NCBI GenBank assembly: GCA_944390145.1
Contig: CALXOY010000012.1
Location: 55,764-119,763, forward strand
Source: an uncultured Duodenibacillus sp.
GTDB lineage: Bacteria > Pseudomonadota > Gammaproteobacteria > Burkholderiales > Burkholderiaceae_F
Length of the DNA: 64,000 nt
Direction: 5' to 3'
The position numbers were made by a program, and so were the translations under genes. Each line of letters starts with the position of its first letter. The first letter of the stretch is position 1. Shown piece by piece: positions 10,898-21,583 of the stretch. Under the pieces are notes generated by a model. That model was not told where the DNA came from and searched no databases. It was given only the letters and a program-made list of their open reading frames with translations.

Positions 10898-11161
10898 TCA
10901 ACGGCGGCGGTTCTGGGTGTTTGCCGAGGGCGCCGGACGTCCTTCGATGTGGCGGAACGTGATGCGGCCCTTGGTGAGGTCATACGGGGAGAGCTCGAGC
11001 GACACCTTGTCGCCCGCCAGAATGCGGATGTGGTGCTTGCGCATCTTGCCGTTGGTGTAGGCAATGAGCTCGTGGCCGTTGTCAAGCCGCACGCGATAGC
11101 GCGCATCGGGGAGAACTTCGAGCACCTGGCCCGACATTTCAATCAGATCTTCTTTTGCCAT
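10898..11161 (-). CDS. infA: Translation initiation factor IF-1 (extended paralog type)
   Basis: [16 protein letters not shown]...[32 protein letters not shown]. Confidence 0.95.
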   Translation of the reverse strand: MAKEDLIEMSGQVLEVLPDARYRVRLDNGHELIAYTNGKMRKHHIRILAGDKVSLELSPYDLTKGRITFRHIEGRPAPSANTQNRRR

Positions 11162-11546
11162 AAATCCTGCTGCCGCACAGCGCACTGCAGTCCGCATCGT
11201 CGCGCGCGGCGTTGTTGTTTTCAAAAAGGAGATTTCCGGGTGATGCCGACGCCCGCCGCAACCATCATGCGCACGCAGCAACATCGTCTTACAAAACCCG
11301 GCAAGGAATGCGCCATTTTAGACGGGCGGATGCCGTTTTTCCAAGCGCTGCGGCGAATTTTGTTGTGGTGATCCGCCCGCCCCGAACCGGCCGTTTGCGC
11401 CCCATTGGCTCTGTCCGCAGCCGCAAAAATCCGACTCCGGCAGCAGGCTACGATAGAATTCCCGCTGAAATGCGAAGGGCCGGGCGCAGGAATCCGGCCG
11501 CAGGGCAAGTTGCGCGCCCGAAAAAAGCGAAGCCCCGCAAGGAAAT

Positions 11547-12128
11547 ATGGAAACCGTAATGACTCATCACGTTCTCGTTGCTTATCACAGCCACGCCGGC
11601 CACACGGCCCGCATCGCCCGCACCATCATGGAAACGATTGTCGCCGAAGGCCACGCCTGCGACATGATGGACATGATGGAGGCCGTCCGCGAAGGCGTCG
11701 ACTGGGCGCGCTACGACATCGTGATCGTGGGCTCGCCCATCGTCTACGGCGTCTACAACAAGATCGTGTGGGAGTTCTGCTCGCTCTACAAAAACGAGAT
11801 CGAGTCGCGCCCCAACAGCTTCTTCAACGTCACGGTGGTGGCGCGCACGCCGGAAAAGGCCACGCCCGAGGGCAACCGCTACCTGCAGAAGTTTGTCAAG
11901 CGCAGTCCCTGGAAGCCGCGCGACCTCAAGTGCTTTGCAGGCAAGGTCGACTACCCGCACTGGAACCTTTTTGAGCGCACCATGATCCGGCTCATCATGC
12001 GCATCACCAACGGACCCACCGATTCCGCCGTGCCGATCGACTACACCGACTACAACGACGTGAAGGCCTATGCGCGCCACTGCCTGCAGCTTGACAAACT
12101 CCAGGCCCGCCGCTCGCCCCGCCGTTGA
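11547..12128 (+). CDS. hemG: Menaquinone-dependent protoporphyrinogen IX dehydrogenase (flavodoxin-like)
   Basis: GHTARIA, FFNVTVVARTPEK, N.YLQKF...SPWKP, MIRLIMRITNGPTD and YTDY motifs. Confidence 0.85.
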   Translation: METVMTHHVLVAYHSHAGHTARIARTIMETIVAEGHACDMMDMMEAVREGVDWARYDIVIVGSPIVYGVYNKIVWEFCSLYKNEIESRPNSFFNVTVVARTPEKATPEGNRYLQKFVKRSPWKPRDLKCFAGKVDYPHWNLFERTMIRLIMRITNGPTDSAVPIDYTDYNDVKAYARHCLQLDKLQARRSPRR

Positions 12129-12248
12129 CAGCCTCCCCTTCTTCTGCTGACGGCGTCCTTTTAAAAGCGCCGTCAACGCAGAGAAGAACGCGCCTGCTTT
12201 CCCTTCCCCTTTTCGCGGGCGCCCCCTTTGAAAAAGGATCCTTCCTTT

Positions 12249-13946
12249 ATGTCCGAACTCTCCCGCCCCTGGCTCAAGCACTATCCCGAAGGCGTGCCCG
12301 CTGAAATCAATCCGGACACGTTTGCCTCCATTCCGGCGCTCTTTGACGCCACGGCCGAACGCTTCGGCAGCCACCCGGCCTTCATCTGCATGGACCATGC
12401 GCTCACCTACCGGCAGGTCTGCGACCTGTCGCGCGACTTTGCGGGCTACCTGCAGTCGCTGCCCGGGATGAAGCCGGGCGACCGCGTGGCGCTCATGATG
12501 CCCAACCTCCAGCAGTACGTGATCGGCCTTCTGGGGATTCTGCGCGCTGGGATGATTGCAGTAAACGTCAACCCCCTTTACACCTCGCACGAACTCGGGC
12601 ATCAACTGGTGGACAGCGGCGCCAAGGCGATCGTCATCATCGAAAATTTTGCGAAGACCCTGCAAAACACCTTGTCCGAGACGCCGGTGAAGCACATCAT
12701 CACCACCAAGGTGGGCGACATGCTCCCGTGGGTGAAGCGCACCGCGACCGAACTCGTCGTGCGGTATGTGAAGAAAATGGTGCCCGACTTCAACCTGCCC
12801 GGCCACGTCAACTTCCGCAAGGCGCTTGCGATCGGCCGCAGCCGGGGCTTTAGGCCCGTGGAGCTGAAAAACACCGACGTGGCGCTGCTGCAATACACCG
12901 GCGGCACCACGGGCGTGGCCAAGGGCGCCATGCTCACGCACCGCAATGTGCTCGCCAATGTCGAGCAGACCGGCACCTGGATCAGCCAGACCTTTGAGAT
13001 GGGTAAGGAGGTGGCGATGACGGCGTTGCCGCTTTACCACATCTTCAGCCTCACCGCGACCCTGTGCTTTTCCAAATTCGCCGCCACACAGGTGATGGTT
13101 CCCAACCCCCGCGACATTCCGGGACTGGTGGCGCTCATCAAGAAGTGGGACTTCTCGATCATTCCGGCGGTGAACACCCTGTTCAATGCCCTTGTGAACA
13201 ACAAGGAATTCCGCGCGCACACCTTCAGCCGGCTGAAGATGACCGTGGGCGGGGGCGCGCAGGTGCAAAGGACCGTGGCCGAGAAGTGGTACAAGGCAAC
13301 CGGCTGCCATATTCTGGAGGCCTATGGCTTGACGGAAACGAGCCCGGGCGTGTGCGGCAATCTGCCGGGCGCAGCCTGGGACGGATCGGTGGGCTATCCG
13401 CTGCCCTCCACTGACGTCACGATCCGCGGCGAACGGTTTGTCGACCTTGGCATCTGCACCGATCCGGAAAGGGTCGATCAATTCACGGGCGAAATCTGCG
13501 TGCGCGGTCCGCAGGTGATGGCAGGCTACTGGGAAAAGCCCGAAGAGACGATGAATGTGCTTGTCGACGGGTGGTTGCGCACGGGCGACGTGGGCTTTAT
13601 GGACGCGCGCGGCACGGTCACCATCACCGACCGCAAGAAGGACCTCATCATTGTCAACGGCCTTAATGTCTACCCCAACGAAATCGAAAGCGTGATCGCC
13701 TCGATGCCGGGCGTGCTCGAGTGCGGCGTGGTGGGCGTCAACAACCCGCGCGTGGGGGAAATGGTCAAGGCGGTGATCGTCAAAAAGGACCCGGCGCTGA
13801 CGCGCGAAGATGTCGTCAAGTACTGCCGCGCACGGCTCACCGGCTACAAGTGCCCGCGCACGATTGTCTTTGTAAAGGCCCTGCCGAAGACCGCCGTTGG
13901 AAAAATTCTGCGCCGCAGCCTGCGCGACATGAAGGAAACGGATTAG
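12249..13946 (+). CDS. fadD: Long-chain fatty acid-CoA ligase
   Basis: LQYTGGTTGVAKGAML, EAYGLTETSP, GWLRTGD and PKTAVGKILRR motifs. Confidence 0.9.
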   Translation: MSELSRPWLKHYPEGVPAEINPDTFASIPALFDATAERFGSHPAFICMDHALTYRQVCDLSRDFAGYLQSLPGMKPGDRVALMMPNLQQYVIGLLGILRAGMIAVNVNPLYTSHELGHQLVDSGAKAIVIIENFAKTLQNTLSETPVKHIITTKVGDMLPWVKRTATELVVRYVKKMVPDFNLPGHVNFRKALAIGRSRGFRPVELKNTDVALLQYTGGTTGVAKGAMLTHRNVLANVEQTGTWISQTFEMGKEVAMTALPLYHIFSLTATLCFSKFAATQVMVPNPRDIPGLVALIKKWDFSIIPAVNTLFNALVNNKEFRAHTFSRLKMTVGGGAQVQRTVAEKWYKATGCHILEAYGLTETSPGVCGNLPGAAWDGSVGYPLPSTDVTIRGERFVDLGICTDPERVDQFTGEICVRGPQVMAGYWEKPEETMNVLVDGWLRTGDVGFMDARGTVTITDRKKDLIIVNGLNVYPNEIESVIASMPGVLECGVVGVNNPRVGEMVKAVIVKKDPALTREDVVKYCRARLTGYKCPRTIVFVKALPKTAVGKILRRSLRDMKETD

Positions 13947-14004
13947 GATTCGCACTTTCCTTCACTTTCCAACCGGCCTGCTGCAACGCAGGCCTTTGAC
14001 AAAC

Positions 14005-14379
14005 ATGATTCTCACCATCGCCCTGCTGCTGTCCTTTCAGCTCGCAGGGCTTCTTCTCGTTACTTTGCTGGGGCTTCCCGTGCCCGGTCCCGTCATGGGC
14101 ATGGTGCTCTTTTTATTCGCCCTGATGACTGTGGACGGCCTGTTTGAAAAGACGCTTCCGGTTGTCAACGTCCTGCTTGCCCACTTCGCCCTTTTGTTTG
14201 TCCCCGCGGGCGTGGGCATCATCGAGCATTTCGACCGCATTGAGTCCGAGTGGGCGGCGATTTCCGCCTCCATCGTAGGCTCCTCGATTCTTGCCATGGC
14301 CGTGACGGTGCTTGTGACGCGCCTTGTGTTAAAGCTCACCGCAGGCAAGTCAAAGACGGGAGGCAGCCGTGCTTCATAG
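14005..14379 (+). CDS. CidA/LrgA family membrane protein
   Basis: PVPGPVMGM and LLFVPAGVGI motifs; overlaps the lrgB-like gene. Confidence 0.9.
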   Translation: MILTIALLLSFQLAGLLLVTLLGLPVPGPVMGMVLFLFALMTVDGLFEKTLPVVNVLLAHFALLFVPAGVGIIEHFDRIESEWAAISASIVGSSILAMAVTVLVTRLVLKLTAGKSKTGGSRAS

Positions 14380-15109
14380 CCTCTGGGAGCGGATTGCCGG
14401 GACGGTGCATGCGCTTTTGGCCGACCCCTCGATGTGGCTTTGCGCCACGCTTCTGGCCTACGCCGCCGGCATGTGGATTTATAAGAAAAGCGGCTACAAG
14501 ACGATCTGCACGCCGCTGCTCATTGCCATCGTGATTCTCGTGGCCGTGCTGGAAGCGACCGGCGTTGACTACAAGACCTATATCGAGGGCGGCCAGCACA
14601 TCAACTTCCTGCTGGGGCCGGCCACCGTCGCGCTTGCCGTGCCGCTTTACGAACAGCGCCTGCGCCTTGCGCGCATGTGGCTTGCGCTCACCTGCGGGCT
14701 TGCCGCCGGCGCCACGGTGGCGATTGTCTCGGCCGTGGTGATTGCGGGACTTTTGGGGGCGTCGCCTGAAACCATGATTTCGCTTGCGCCCAAGAGCGTC
14801 ACGGTGCCGATTGCCATGGCAGTGAGCGAACACCTGGGCGGCATTCCGCCTTTGACGGCAGCCTTCGTGGTCATCACGGGCGTGGTGGGGTCGCTGCTTG
14901 CGCGTCCCCTTCTGGCCCTTCTGCGCGAAAAGGATGATGCGGTGAGCGGCTTTGCCATTGGTCTTGCCGCCCACGGCGTGGGCACAGCCACCGCCTTTCA
15001 GATCAACCGCGACACCGGCGCCTTTGCGGGCCTTGCGATGGGTTTGACGGGGCTATTTACCGCCTTTGCGGCGCCCGCGCTGCTGCCCTGGCTTCTCTCG
15101 CTCTTTTAA
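14369..15109 (+). CDS. LrgB/CidB family membrane protein
   Basis: LLGPATVALAVPLY, LAPKSVT.PIA and AHGVGTA motifs. Confidence 0.92.
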   Translation: MLHSLWERIAGTVHALLADPSMWLCATLLAYAAGMWIYKKSGYKTICTPLLIAIVILVAVLEATGVDYKTYIEGGQHINFLLGPATVALAVPLYEQRLRLARMWLALTCGLAAGATVAIVSAVVIAGLLGASPETMISLAPKSVTVPIAMAVSEHLGGIPPLTAAFVVITGVVGSLLARPLLALLREKDDAVSGFAIGLAAHGVGTATAFQINRDTGAFAGLAMGLTGLFTAFAAPALLPWLLSLF

Positions 15110-15130
15110 GGACGCAGTCCTATGAAACTC

Positions 15131-15168
15131 AAAGAGGCGGTCTTTCGCAAGGAAAGCCGCCTCTTTTT
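15131..15168. terminator. Bidirectional intrinsic terminator
   Basis: AAAGAGGCGG...CCGCCTCTTTTT hairpin between convergent lrgB-like and rubrerythrin genes. Confidence 0.75.
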
Positions 15169-15192
15169 CAAGACCCATTCAAAGGCCGGGGA

Positions 15193-15732
15193 TCAATAGT
15201 TTTCCGCACGCACCTGCTGGAAGCTCTGCGGATGGGCGCAGACCGGGCAGATCTCGGGCGCGGTCTTGCCGATCACAAGATGCCCGCACTCGCGGCACTG
15301 CCACATCACTTCCTCGCTCTTTTCAAAGACCTTCTTCATCTGGACGTTGTCGAGAAGCTTCAGGAAGCGCTCCTCGTGGGCCTTTTCAATGGCGCCCACC
15401 GCACGGAACTGGGCGGCAAGCTCCGGGAAGCCCTCTTCTTCGGCCGTCTTCGCAAAGCCCTCGTACATGTCGGTCCACTCGTAATTTTCGCCGCTGGCGG
15501 CAGCCTTCAGGTTGGCCGCCGTATCGGCGATGCCTTCGAGGTGCTTGAACCAGATCTTGGCGTGCTGGCGCTCGTTCATGGCCGTTTCCATGAAGAGCTC
15601 GGCGATCTGCTCGTAGCCTTCCTTGCGGGCGACGCCGGCAAAGTAGTCGTACTTGTTGCGGGCCTGGGATTCACCTGCAAAGGCCGCCCAGAGGTTCTTT
15701 TCGGTCTGGGTGCCGGCAAATTTGTTCGTCAT
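15193..15732 (-). CDS. rbr: Rubrerythrin
   Basis: [12 protein letters not shown], diiron E..H motifs, C-terminal CRECG...CPVCAH rubredoxin domain. Confidence 0.95.
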   Translation of the reverse strand: MTNKFAGTQTEKNLWAAFAGESQARNKYDYFAGVARKEGYEQIAELFMETAMNERQHAKIWFKHLEGIADTAANLKAAASGENYEWTDMYEGFAKTAEEEGFPELAAQFRAVGAIEKAHEERFLKLLDNVQMKKVFEKSEEVMWQCRECGHLVIGKTAPEICPVCAHPQSFQQVRAENY

Positions 15733-15787
15733 CGGTTTACTCCTTTTCGATGTCAGGGTTGGGGCCGCCCGAAGGCAGCCCGTGCTT

Positions 15788-16936
15788 TTATGAGAAGAAC
15801 TTCTTCATCTTATCGAGAAAGCTCGTGCTCTGCGGCGAGTGCTTGTCGCCGCCCTCCTTGATCGACGCATCGAAGTCCTTGAGAAGCTTCTTCTGCTTGG
15901 CGGTGAGGTTCACGGGCGTCTCGATGAAGACGTGCACGTAAAGGTCGCCGTTGCCGCTGCCGTGCAGGTGCGGCACGCCCTTGCCGCGCAGGCGGAAGAT
16001 CTTGCCTGTCTGCGTGCCTTCGGGAATCGTGATGCGCGCCTCGGTTCCCATCGTCGGCACGCTCACTTCGCCGCCAAGCGCAGCCGTTGCGTAGCTTAAG
16101 GGGAGATCTGCATGCAAATCGTCTCCCTCGCGCTGGAAGATCTCGTGGGGCTTGATGAAGATCTGCACGTACAGGTCGCCGCAGGGGCCGCCGTTGGGGC
16201 CGGGTTCGCCCTTGCCCTGGATGCGGATTCTCTGGCCGTCGTTGATGCCCGCCGGGATATTGATCTCGAGCGTCTTCGTCTTGCGGTTGCGGCCGCGCCC
16301 CTGGCAGTCGGGACACGGATCGGAAATGATTTCGCCCGTGCCGTGGCAGTAGGGGCAGGTCTGCTGCACCTGCAGGAAGCCGCGGTTGATGTTGATCGTG
16401 CCGCGGCCGCCGCAGTGCGGGCAGGCCTTTTTCGAGGTGCCCGGCTTGCAGCCCGTGCCGTGGCAGGTTTCGCACTCCTCCCACACCGGCACGCGGATGT
16501 CGGTCTTTGCGCCCGAGACGGCCTGCTCAAGCGTGATCTCAAGCGAATAGTTCACGTCCGCGCCGCGGAACACCTTGGGACCGCCGCGCCGGCGGTCGCC
16601 CGCGGCGCCCCCTCCGAAGATTTCGGAGAAGATGTCGGAGAAGTCGCCGAAGCCCTCGCTTGCCTGACCAAAGCCGCCAAAGCCGCCGAAGCCGCCTGCA
16701 GCCGCGCTCGGATCAATGCCCGCCTTGCCGTAGCGGTCGTAGGCAGCGCGCTTCTGGGGGTCGCTCAAAATCGAGTAGGCCTCGCCCACCTGCTTGAACT
16801 TCTCCTCCGCCGCCTTGTCGCCGTTGTTGCGGTCGGGATGGTATTTCATCGCGAGCCGCCGGTAGGCCTTCTTGATTTCCTCGTCGCTTGCGCCGCGGGC
16901 AACGCCCAGTACCTCGTAATAATCCTGGTCAGCCAT
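15788..16936 (-). CDS. dnaJ: Chaperone DnaJ
   Basis: HPD J-domain, G/F-rich region, four CxxCxGxG repeats. Confidence 0.98.
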   Translation of the reverse strand: MADQDYYEVLGVARGASDEEIKKAYRRLAMKYHPDRNNGDKAAEEKFKQVGEAYSILSDPQKRAAYDRYGKAGIDPSAAAGGFGGFGGFGQASEGFGDFSDIFSEIFGGGAAGDRRRGGPKVFRGADVNYSLEITLEQAVSGAKTDIRVPVWEECETCHGTGCKPGTSKKACPHCGGRGTININRGFLQVQQTCPYCHGTGEIISDPCPDCQGRGRNRKTKTLEINIPAGINDGQRIRIQGKGEPGPNGGPCGDLYVQIFIKPHEIFQREGDDLHADLPLSYATAALGGEVSVPTMGTEARITIPEGTQTGKIFRLRGKGVPHLHGSGNGDLYVHVFIETPVNLTAKQKKLLKDFDASIKEGGDKHSPQSTSFLDKMKKFFS

Positions 16937-17064
16937 AGTGTGTCAATTGCTTACAGAAAAACATGGCAAGGGCCGAATCGCCAAATCGGCGGCCCGGCCC
17001 GTGCTTTTTGAGGCGTGCGCGGGCTTTATTCACCCGCACCCTTCCTCAAACAATGCCCGAAGAA

Positions 17065-19017
17065 TCAGTGCTTTACTTCGGTGTAGTCGGCATCGACCAC
17101 GTCGTCATTGCCGCCGTTGCCATTGCCGCCCTGCTGGGAAGCCTGCGAGGCGCCTGCCTGCTGCTGGGCGCCCTGGGCCTGCTGGCTCTGGGCGGCCTGC
17201 TGGTTGAGCTTCTCGCCGATCTTCTGCGCGGCGGCCATCAGCACTTCGACGCTCTTTTCAATGGCGGCCTTGTCTTCGCCCTTGATGCGCGCCTCAACGT
17301 CCTTGATGGCGCTTTCGCAGGCGGCGCGGTCGGCGCTGTCGACCTTGTCGCCGAGATCCTTCAGGGTCTTCTGCACCTGGGCGATCGACGCATCGGCCAT
17401 GTTGCGGGCCTGTGCGAGCTCAAAGCGGCGGTGATCCTCTTCCTTGTTGGCTTCAGCCGCAGCCACCATGCTCTTGATCTCCTCTTCGGACAAGCCGGAG
17501 CTTGCCTTGATGGTGATCTTGTTTTCCTTGCCGGTGGCCTTGTCCTTGGCGGTCACGTGCAGAATGCCGTTGGCGTCAATATCGAACGTCACTTCAATCT
17601 GCGGCAGTCCGCGCGGAGACGGCGGAATGCCTTCGAGGTTGAATTCGCCCAAGAGCTTGTTCGAAGCCGCCATCTCGTGCTCGCCCTGATAGACCTTGAT
17701 GGTCACGGCAGGCTGGTTGTCCTCAGCGGTCGAGAACACCTGCGAGTGCTTGGTCGGAATCGTGGTGTTGCGCTTGATCATCGCGGTCATCACGCCGCCC
17801 AAGGTTTCAATGCCAAGCGTCAGAGGCGTAACGTCGAGCAGCAGCACGTCCTTGCGGCCGCCCGAGAGCACCTGACCCTGAATGGCGGCGCCGATGGCCA
17901 CGGCTTCGTCCGGGTTCACGTCCTTGCGGGGTTCCTTTCCAAAGAACTCGCGCACCACTTCCTGCACGCGGGGCATACGGCTCTGGCCGCCTACCAGAAT
18001 CACGTCGGTGATGTCGGAGGTCGACAAATGTGCGTCCTTCAAAGCCTTGCGGCAGGGTTCGATCGTGCGCTGCACAAGGTCTTCGACCATGCTTTCAAAC
18101 TTCGCGCGCGTGATCGTGATGTTCATGTGCTTGGGGCCGGTCTGGTCTGCCGAGATGTAGGGCAGGTTGACTTCGGTTTCCTGACGGCTCGAAAGTTCGA
18201 TCTTGGCCTTTTCCGCGGCGTCCTTCAAGCGCTGCAGGGCAAGCACGTCGCCGCCGAGGTCAATGCCGTTGTCCTTCTTAAACTCTGCAATCAGGTATTC
18301 CACCAAACGACGGTCGAAGTCTTCGCCGCCCAGGAACGTATCGCCGTTCGTGGAGAGCACTTCAAACTGCTTGTCGCCGTCGATGTTGGCAATATCGATC
18401 ACGGAAATATCAAACGTGCCGCCGCCCAGGTCATAGACGCAGATCTTGCGATCTTCAGTGCCCATCTTGTCCAGACCGAAGGCAAGTGCAGCTGCAGTCG
18501 GTTCATTGATGATGCGCTTGACTTCCAAGCCGGCGATGCGGCCTGCGTCCTTCGTGGCCTGACGCTGGCTGTCGTTGAAGTAGGCCGGAACCGTGATCAC
18601 GGCTTCGGTCACCGGTTCGCCCAGGTAGTCCTCGGCGGTCTTCTTCATCTTGCGCAGCACTTCAGCGGAAACCTGCTGCGGAGCAAGCTTCTTGTCGCCC
18701 AGCACCTGCACCCACGCGTCGCCGTTGTCGGCGCGCACGATCTTGAACGGAGCGCGCTCGATGTCCTTTTGCACTTCGGCGTCGTCATAGCGGCGGCCGA
18801 TCAGGCGCTTGACGGCAAAAAGCGTGTTCTTGGGGTTGGTGACGGCCTGACGCTTGGCGGTGGCGCCGACAAGAATCTCGCCGTTTTCCATATAGGCAAC
18901 GATCGAAGGCGTGGTGCGGGCGCCTTCGGAGTTTTCGATCACGCGCACCTTGTCGCCTTCCATGATGGCCACAGCCGAGTTGGTGGTGCCAAGGTCAATA
19001 CCGATGATCTTTGACAT
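17065..19017 (-). CDS. dnaK: Chaperone DnaK (Hsp70)
   Basis: [19 protein letters not shown] and DLGGGTFD motifs. Confidence 0.99.
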   Translation of the reverse strand: MSKIIGIDLGTTNSAVAIMEGDKVRVIENSEGARTTPSIVAYMENGEILVGATAKRQAVTNPKNTLFAVKRLIGRRYDDAEVQKDIERAPFKIVRADNGDAWVQVLGDKKLAPQQVSAEVLRKMKKTAEDYLGEPVTEAVITVPAYFNDSQRQATKDAGRIAGLEVKRIINEPTAAALAFGLDKMGTEDRKICVYDLGGGTFDISVIDIANIDGDKQFEVLSTNGDTFLGGEDFDRRLVEYLIAEFKKDNGIDLGGDVLALQRLKDAAEKAKIELSSRQETEVNLPYISADQTGPKHMNITITRAKFESMVEDLVQRTIEPCRKALKDAHLSTSDITDVILVGGQSRMPRVQEVVREFFGKEPRKDVNPDEAVAIGAAIQGQVLSGGRKDVLLLDVTPLTLGIETLGGVMTAMIKRNTTIPTKHSQVFSTAEDNQPAVTIKVYQGEHEMAASNKLLGEFNLEGIPPSPRGLPQIEVTFDIDANGILHVTAKDKATGKENKITIKASSGLSEEEIKSMVAAAEANKEEDHRRFELAQARNMADASIAQVQKTLKDLGDKVDSADRAACESAIKDVEARIKGEDKAAIEKSVEVLMAAAQKIGEKLNQQAAQSQQAQGAQQQAGASQASQQGGNGNGGNDDVVDADYTEVKH

Positions 19018-19136
19018 TGTTCTTTATCCTCTTGATTCTCTGTTGGGCTGCGGTCCCGCCGCCTGCGGGCGGATCCCCAACCGTTTTCCAAAATTCCACT
19101 CTGCGCGAGGCTCTCGCTCTTCGCGCCATACTCCCC

Positions 19137-19164
19137 ATATGGGGACGCCCCGTGAAATTTCAAC
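19137..19164 (-). promoter_or_regulatory. Sigma-32 (RpoH) promoter of dnaK
   Basis: Minus strand GTTGAA-N14-CCCCATAT, close to consensus CTTGAA-N13/14-CCCCATNT. Confidence 0.75.
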
Positions 19165-19200
19165 GGGGCGTCCTGAAAAATTTTTGAATTTTTGCGTCTC

Positions 19201-19803
19201 TTAACCTTGGACCACGCTCACCATCGCGGGCCGCAGCACGCGCTCGTAAATCTTCCAGCCGCGCTGAAAGACCTGCGCCACGTCGCCCGCGCTCTTGCCT
19301 TCGGGCGCAGGCACCATCGAAATCGCCTGCTGGGTGTTGGGATCAAACTTGGCGTCCTGGGGATCGATCACCGACATGCCGCTCACTTCGAGCGCATGCA
19401 TGAGCTGCCGGTGCGTGGCCAAAAGCCCCTCGCGCATCGGCCCCTCGAGGTCTGCGGTCATCTCGAGCGCCTTTTCAAGCGAATCCATCACGGGAAGAAG
19501 GTTCTTCGCAAACTTCTCGATGCTGAACTTCTGCGCCTTGGAGACGTCTTCGGCCGCACGGCGGCGCACGTTTTCCATTTCGGCTGCGGCACGCACATAG
19601 AGGTCGTAGTTTTCAGCGGCCTTGGCCGTCATCGCGGCAAGCTCCTCCTGTAGGGCCGTCGCCGCCTCGGGCTGCATGCCGATTTCAGGGGCCGCATCGG
19701 GCTGGGCTGCGCCCTCCTTTTCCGCCGCTTCGGCTGCCTGCGCCGCCTTCTTCAATTCTTCCGCAGGATTGACCTGTTCCTGACTTTTTTCTTCCTGGGC
19801 CAT
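19201..19803 (-). CDS. grpE: Nucleotide exchange factor GrpE
   Basis: RAAAEMENVRRR, LLPVMDSLE, FDP..QQA and RVLRPAMV motifs. Confidence 0.96.
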   Translation of the reverse strand: MAQEEKSQEQVNPAEELKKAAQAAEAAEKEGAAQPDAAPEIGMQPEAATALQEELAAMTAKAAENYDLYVRAAAEMENVRRRAAEDVSKAQKFSIEKFAKNLLPVMDSLEKALEMTADLEGPMREGLLATHRQLMHALEVSGMSVIDPQDAKFDPNTQQAISMVPAPEGKSAGDVAQVFQRGWKIYERVLRPAMVSVVQG

Positions 19804-19836
19804 TTTCTTGCTCAAAACAAAGGGATGATGCCGTTT

Positions 19837-19865
19837 ATATGGAGGCGCACCGCGCGTTTTTCAAG
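19837..19865 (-). promoter_or_regulatory. Sigma-32 (RpoH) promoter of grpE
   Basis: Minus strand CTTGAA-N14-CCTCCATAT overlapping the hemH stop. Confidence 0.65.
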
Positions 19866-20853
19866 CGTTGCGCAGCGCCTTGCGCACAAGCGCCGCATAA
19901 AGCTTTGCGGTGTCCTCTCCGGCATTCAAGCACGGGATGTAGTGAAAGCCGCTGCCGCCCGCCCTTTCATAAATTGCGCGCAGCTCCGTTGCAATTTCTT
20001 CCAACGTTTCCAGGCAGTCGGCGGCAAAGCCCGGACAGATGACGTCCAGGCGCTTTAAGCCGCCTGCCCCCAGCTTCGGGGCCGTGTCCACCGCAAAGGG
20101 CTCAAGCCACTTGGCGCGCCCGAACTTGCTCTGAAAGACTTGCACCACCTGTTCTTTTTTAAGTCCCAGGGCCAGGCGCAGCCGCTCGGCGGTTTGCTTG
20201 CACTGAACCTCATAGGGGTCGCCGCGCTCGCTTGAAACGGCCGGAATGCTGTGAAAGCTCATCAAAAGTTTGCCGTCTTCGCCCAGGCCCCCGATTTTCT
20301 CCCAGTGCGCGCGCACGCGGCCGGCAAGAGCCTCGATGTAGGCCTCTTCCTCATAGTAGTGCGGGATTTCAACGACCGGCGGCAGGGCGCATTTTTTCTG
20401 CACGCGGCGCACGGCATCAAAGACCGATTCCGAGGTCTGGGTGGCGTACTGCGCATAAAGCGGCAGCACCACGATGCGCGCGGGCTTTAAGGCAGCCAGT
20501 TGGGGAAGCGCCTCATCAATGCGCTTGACGCCGTAGCACATCGCCCAGTCGACGAGATAGTCGTCTCCGAGCTCCTCCTGCAGTCTCGCTGCGGTTTCCG
20601 ACGTTGCCGCCACCAGGGGGGAGCCTTTTTCCGACCACACGGTCTTGTAGCGGTCGGCCGAGGCCTGCGCCCGGCGCGGAATGACAATGCCGCGCAGGAT
20701 GGGCTGCCAGATGAGCGGGCTCATCTCCACCACGCGCCTGTCGCTTAAAAATTCCGCAAGGTATTTGGCCACCGCCTCGCGCGTCGGCGCGGCCGGGGAG
20801 CCCGTGTTGCAGATCAAAACAGCGGTCTTGGAGGAGTTGTTGCTGGCAGCCAT
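19861..20853 (-). CDS. hemH: Ferrochelatase
   Basis: NTGSP.AP, YLAEFLSDRRVVE, LMSFHSIP, FQSKFG...WLEP and FAADCLETLEEI motifs. Confidence 0.96.
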   Translation of the reverse strand: MAASNNSSKTAVLICNTGSPAAPTREAVAKYLAEFLSDRRVVEMSPLIWQPILRGIVIPRRAQASADRYKTVWSEKGSPLVAATSETAARLQEELGDDYLVDWAMCYGVKRIDEALPQLAALKPARIVVLPLYAQYATQTSESVFDAVRRVQKKCALPPVVEIPHYYEEEAYIEALAGRVRAHWEKIGGLGEDGKLLMSFHSIPAVSSERGDPYEVQCKQTAERLRLALGLKKEQVVQVFQSKFGRAKWLEPFAVDTAPKLGAGGLKRLDVICPGFAADCLETLEEIATELRAIYERAGGSGFHYIPCLNAGEDTAKLYAALVRKALRNA

Positions 20854-20919
20854 TGAAAAGGAAAATAAAAGCGGTTCTTGACGGCGGCCAATTTTGCCCG
20901 AGCCGCCTTAAGCGCCGCT

Positions 20920-21504
20920 TTAAGCCGCCGCCGTGTGCGGCGCCTCGCTGTGATGCAGACGGCGCCAGAGCACCATCAGGCCGCCAGCAATGAGGCTCAT
21001 CCAGAACTTACCGAGCACCTGGCCCGTCAAATACTCGATCGAGCCGAAGGCAAGCGAGAGAAAGATCGCTGAGTCGACAAAGGAGCCCGCCAGGCCCGAA
21101 GCAATCACGGCGCTTGCCGGAAAGCGCTTTTTCATGGGGGCGTAAACCGCAAAGTCCGCGAGTTCCGCAAAAAGGAACGCGCAGACGGAAGCCAGAACGA
21201 GCGAAGGCTCCGAAATAAAGCCCGAAAGGGCGGCGCCTGCGGCAATTGAGGCCAGCGCCCACTTCCAGCCGAGGCAATGGTGCACCACGTCGCGCAGCAC
21301 GAGGCTAAAGCCTGCGAGCAGCACGCCCGAGGGCGCCCACAGACCAGGCCAGACGGGAATCAGACAAGGCCCGTCCTTGGGACAGACAAGACCGACATGC
21401 ATGATCACCCAGTTGCTCAGGGGAATCATCAGCACAAACAAAACGAGCGAGAGCCAGCCGCTCAGGGGGCGTTTGACGCCGCCCAGCTCACCGATATGGG
21501 ACAT
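20920..21504 (-). CDS. VUT (YhhQ-like, vitamin/queuosine-precursor uptake) family membrane protein
   Basis: Multi-TM; LVLRDVV, AFLFAELADFAVY and VDSAIFLSLAFG motifs. Confidence 0.7.
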   Translation of the reverse strand: MSHIGELGGVKRPLSGWLSLVLFVLMIPLSNWVIMHVGLVCPKDGPCLIPVWPGLWAPSGVLLAGFSLVLRDVVHHCLGWKWALASIAAGAALSGFISEPSLVLASVCAFLFAELADFAVYAPMKKRFPASAVIASGLAGSFVDSAIFLSLAFGSIEYLTGQVLGKFWMSLIAGGLMVLWRRLHHSEAPHTAAA

Positions 21505-21583
21505 ATGGCTTCCTGAAAAAACCGCCACCGGCAGAACAATCCGGCGCAGCTGCAAAGGTTGGGAACCGCGATTTTACCGCACA

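Noticed and set aside
11448-13955. Long antisense ORFs (for example 11448-13955, 16963-19014, 29508-32042, 41473-43326, 47191-49098)
   Set aside because: They mirror well-supported genes on the opposite strand, as expected from GC-rich codon bias, and have no recognisable motifs
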